Below, in pieces: positions 61,506 to 64,000 of a DNA stretch of 64,000 nucleotides (the first letter of the stretch is position 1; each line of letters starts with the position of its first letter). Under the pieces are notes generated by a model that was given only the letters and a program-made list of their open reading frames with translations, was not told where the DNA came from and did not search any database. Origin of the DNA: Flavobacterium sp. (GTDB lineage Bacteria; Bacteroidota; Bacteroidia; Flavobacteriales; Flavobacteriaceae); the NCBI RefSeq assembly GCF_041911335.1, contig NZ_JAYRPD010000038.1, positions 19,716 through 83,715 on the forward strand. Reading direction: 5' to 3'. The translations under genes were made by a program, and so were the position numbers.

Positions 61506-61574
61506 TTATGTCCTGCAAGGTTTTGAAATCTTGCAGGTTTTTATATTAATGCAACAACCAAAAAACTAAGAATC

Positions 61575-61805
61575 ATGGATCCAAAAAACCTAAAAAAAGA
61601 ATATACAAATGGTGAAGTAACCATTGTATGGCAGTCTGGAAAATGTTCTCATTCTGCTAATTGTGTTAAAAATAATCCAGATGTTTTTAAACCAAAAGAA
61701 CAACCTTGGATTACTCCTGATAATTCAACCTCAGAAAAAATTATTGAAACCGTAAACAAATGTCCTTCGGGAGCATTAACGTATTATTTGAACAAGAATG
61801 ACTAA
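61575..61805 (+). CDS. divergent 4Fe-4S mono-cluster protein (YjdI-like)
   Basis: CSHSANCV...PWI...CPSGAL. Confidence 0.9.
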   Translation: MDPKNLKKEYTNGEVTIVWQSGKCSHSANCVKNNPDVFKPKEQPWITPDNSTSEKIIETVNKCPSGALTYYLNKND

Positions 61806-62328
61806 AAAAATCATCGCATTCGGAGCTTCATCAAGCAAGCAATCCATCAATAAACAATTGGCAACTTTTGCTGCAAATCAATTTCAAAATGCATCGGTAG
61901 AAATTTTAGATTTAAACGATTACGAAATGCCTGTTTTCTCTGTTGATAAAGAGAAAGAAAACGGCATTCACCCGTTAGCACAAGAATTTTACAGCAAATT
62001 AGGAAGCGCTGATTTAATCATAATTTCGTTTGCCGAACATAATGGAAATTACTCCACAGCTTTTAAGAATATTTTAGATTGGACTTCGCGAATTAACGCT
62101 AAAACTTTTCAAGAAAAACCAATGTTGTTATTAGCTACTTCTCCTGGTGTTCGTGGTGGAAGCTCGGTTTTAGAAATTGCTTCAAAACGTTTTCCGTTTC
62201 AAGGTGGAATTGTAAAAGGCAGTTTTTCTTTACCAAGTTTCTACGAAAATTTTGATGTAGTAAATGGCATTATCCATCCGGAATATAAAAATCAATTATT
62301 GGAAATTGTAAATTCTACTGAATTCTAA
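61798..62328 (+). CDS. NADPH-dependent FMN reductase
   Basis: GASSSKQSIN, AEHNG...FKNILDW, ATSPG. Confidence 0.92.
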   Translation: MTKKIIAFGASSSKQSINKQLATFAANQFQNASVEILDLNDYEMPVFSVDKEKENGIHPLAQEFYSKLGSADLIIISFAEHNGNYSTAFKNILDWTSRINAKTFQEKPMLLLATSPGVRGGSSVLEIASKRFPFQGGIVKGSFSLPSFYENFDVVNGIIHPEYKNQLLEIVNSTEF

Positions 62329-62402
62329 TAAAAATGTTATTTTTGCTGAAGTTTTGAGTTTCACTTCTAAACTCATAAACCTTAAACTTTTAAACTAAAA
62401 AC

Positions 62403-63272
62403 ATGAAAGCATACGTATTTCCAGGTCAAGGAGCTCAATTCACAGGAATGGGTAAAGATTTATATGAAAACTCACCTTTAGCAAAAGAATTATTCGAAAA
62501 AGCCAATGATATTTTAGGTTTTAGAATCACAGATATCATGTTCGAAGGAACTGCTGAAGAATTGAAAGAAACTAAAGTAACCCAACCAGCGGTTTTCTTG
62601 CATTCGGTAATTTTAGCCAAAGTTTTAGACGTAAAACCAGATATGGTTGCTGGACATTCTTTAGGAGAATTTTCTGCTTTAGTAGTAAACGGTGCTTTAT
62701 CTTTTGAAGACGGATTAAAATTAGTTTCTCAAAGAGCTTTGGCAATGCAAAAAGCTTGTGAAATTAAACCTTCAACAATGGCTGCGGTTTTGAATTTAGA
62801 TGATAAAATTGTAGAAGATATTTGTGCTTCTATTGATGGTGTTGTGGTAGCTGCAAATTACAACTGTCCTGGACAATTAGTGATTTCTGGAGAATACAAA
62901 GCGGTAGAATTATCTTGCGAAAAAATGAAAGAAGCAGGTGCAAAACGTGCTTTAATTTTACCTGTTGGTGGTGCTTTCCACTCACCAATGATGGAACCAG
63001 CAAGAGAAGAATTAGCGGCAGCAATTGAAGCTACTACTTTTTCAACTCCAATTTGCCCAGTGTATCAAAATGTTACTGCTAGCGCTGTTTCTGATGCGAA
63101 TGAAATCAAGAAAAACTTAATCATTCAATTAACAGCTCCAGTAAAATGGACGCAATCGGTACAACAAATGATTAAAGATGGTGCAACGAGTTTCACAGAA
63201 GTTGGTCCAGGAAAAGTATTAGTAGGATTAGTAAATAAAATTGATAAAGAAGTCGAAACGATTTCGGCATAA
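62403..63272 (+). CDS. fabD: malonyl-CoA:ACP transacylase
   Basis: FPGQG, TQPA, GHSLGE, GAFHS. Confidence 0.97.
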   Translation: MKAYVFPGQGAQFTGMGKDLYENSPLAKELFEKANDILGFRITDIMFEGTAEELKETKVTQPAVFLHSVILAKVLDVKPDMVAGHSLGEFSALVVNGALSFEDGLKLVSQRALAMQKACEIKPSTMAAVLNLDDKIVEDICASIDGVVVAANYNCPGQLVISGEYKAVELSCEKMKEAGAKRALILPVGGAFHSPMMEPAREELAAAIEATTFSTPICPVYQNVTASAVSDANEIKKNLIIQLTAPVKWTQSVQQMIKDGATSFTEVGPGKVLVGLVNKIDKEVETISA

Positions 63273-63278
63273 TCTATT

Positions 63279-64000
63279 TTGAAAGGAGTTAGAGAAGCGT
63301 ACTACAAAGATTTATGGGATGTAATTCATTCCACATTTTCCGAATTTGGAGAACATAAAATCATGAAAAAAAGTGCTTCATTAGCCTACACAACCGTATT
63401 TTCAATGGCTCCACTACTTATGGTTTTACTATATGTAGTGGGGCTTTTTTTTGGAACTAATGCAATTGAAGGTGAGGTTTTTCTTCAAATTAAAGATTTT
63501 TTAGGCGAAAAAGCCGCTATTCAATTGCAAGAAATGATTAAAAATATTGCCATTTCAAATAAAAGTGGATTTCCTGCACTCATTGGAATCATAACTTTAT
63601 TAATAGGTGCAACTTCAGTTTTTGCAGAAATTCAAGACTCTATTAATTCTATTTGGGGAATTCGACTTAAAAAACGTTCTAGTTTTTGGTTATACTTTAA
63701 ATCCAGATTACTTTCTTTTGGGGTAATTGGGAGTTTGGGATTTATTTTATTGGCTTCTTTAGGATTATCAGCCATTTTAGACTCATTGAACCAAAAACTA
63801 TTTGCGCATTTTTCTGAAGCTGCTGTTTATACTGTTTACATTGGACAAACATTGGTAACTTTAACGGTAATAACATTACTTTTTGCAGTAATTTTCAAAA
63901 TATTACCCGATGCCAACATCACTTGGAAACAGGTTCGAGTTTCTTCGTTTACAACTGCTATCCTTTTTATGTTTGGAAAGTTTTTAATTTCGTTTTACAT
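63279..64000 (+). CDS. YihY/BrkB family membrane protein (partial, runs off window)
   Basis: Frame from TTG 63279 includes SASLAYTTVFSMAPLL, GATSVFAEIQDSINSIW, IFKILPDA. Confidence 0.85.
   Translation, partial: MKGVREAYYKDLWDVIHSTFSEFGEHKIMKKSASLAYTTVFSMAPLLMVLLYVVGLFFGTNAIEGEVFLQIKDFLGEKAAIQLQEMIKNIAISNKSGFPALIGIITLLIGATSVFAEIQDSINSIWGIRLKKRSSFWLYFKSRLLSFGVIGSLGFILLASLGLSAILDSLNQKLFAHFSEAAVYTVYIGQTLVTLTVITLLFAVIFKILPDANITWKQVRVSSFTTAILFMFGKFLISFY

Noticed and set aside
61512-61542. cctgcaagg-ttttgaaa-tcttgcagg hairpin as a novel element
   Set aside because: Only one copy seen in the window; adequately explained as a terminator or REP-like palindrome.

Overview
AT-rich Bacteroidota chromosome segment, most likely Flavobacterium: it carries gldB/gldC, T9SS C-terminal domains and TAnnTTTG promoter boxes. 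Most of the window is housekeeping: yihA end, gldCB, nadE, dnaG, ECF sigma/anti-sigma, polyprenyl synthase, rlmN, peptidases, two tRNA-Gly, L,D-transpeptidases, gpmI, TetR-ABC-HlyD-TolC, map, nqrA-F plus apbE, apaG, pruA, rsmG, fabD. Four accessory inserts stand out. (1) A 55.1-60.4 kb T9SS cargo island. Its last gene fuses a signal peptide, a eukaryote-like ubiquitin domain (29/61 identical to ubiquitin by hand alignment) and a DUF1566/CLec C-terminus with the codon signature and GAA hairpin of a diversity-generating-retroelement variable region. No RT or template repeat is seen in the window. The island also has a 221-bp duplicated CTD and an NHL gene whose start codon reads ATT. (2) A GxxExxY nuclease ORF placed exactly ATG-to-stop between two 29-nt periodic inverted-repeat arms, with an ORF-less copy of the same element at 52.1 kb. 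(3) An ATPase+HNH (Septu/PtuAB-like) pair flanked by a perfect 30-bp direct repeat containing a promoter box. (4) A RelE/ParE toxin-antitoxin pair. All protein calls are by motif recognition from memory; no searches were run.
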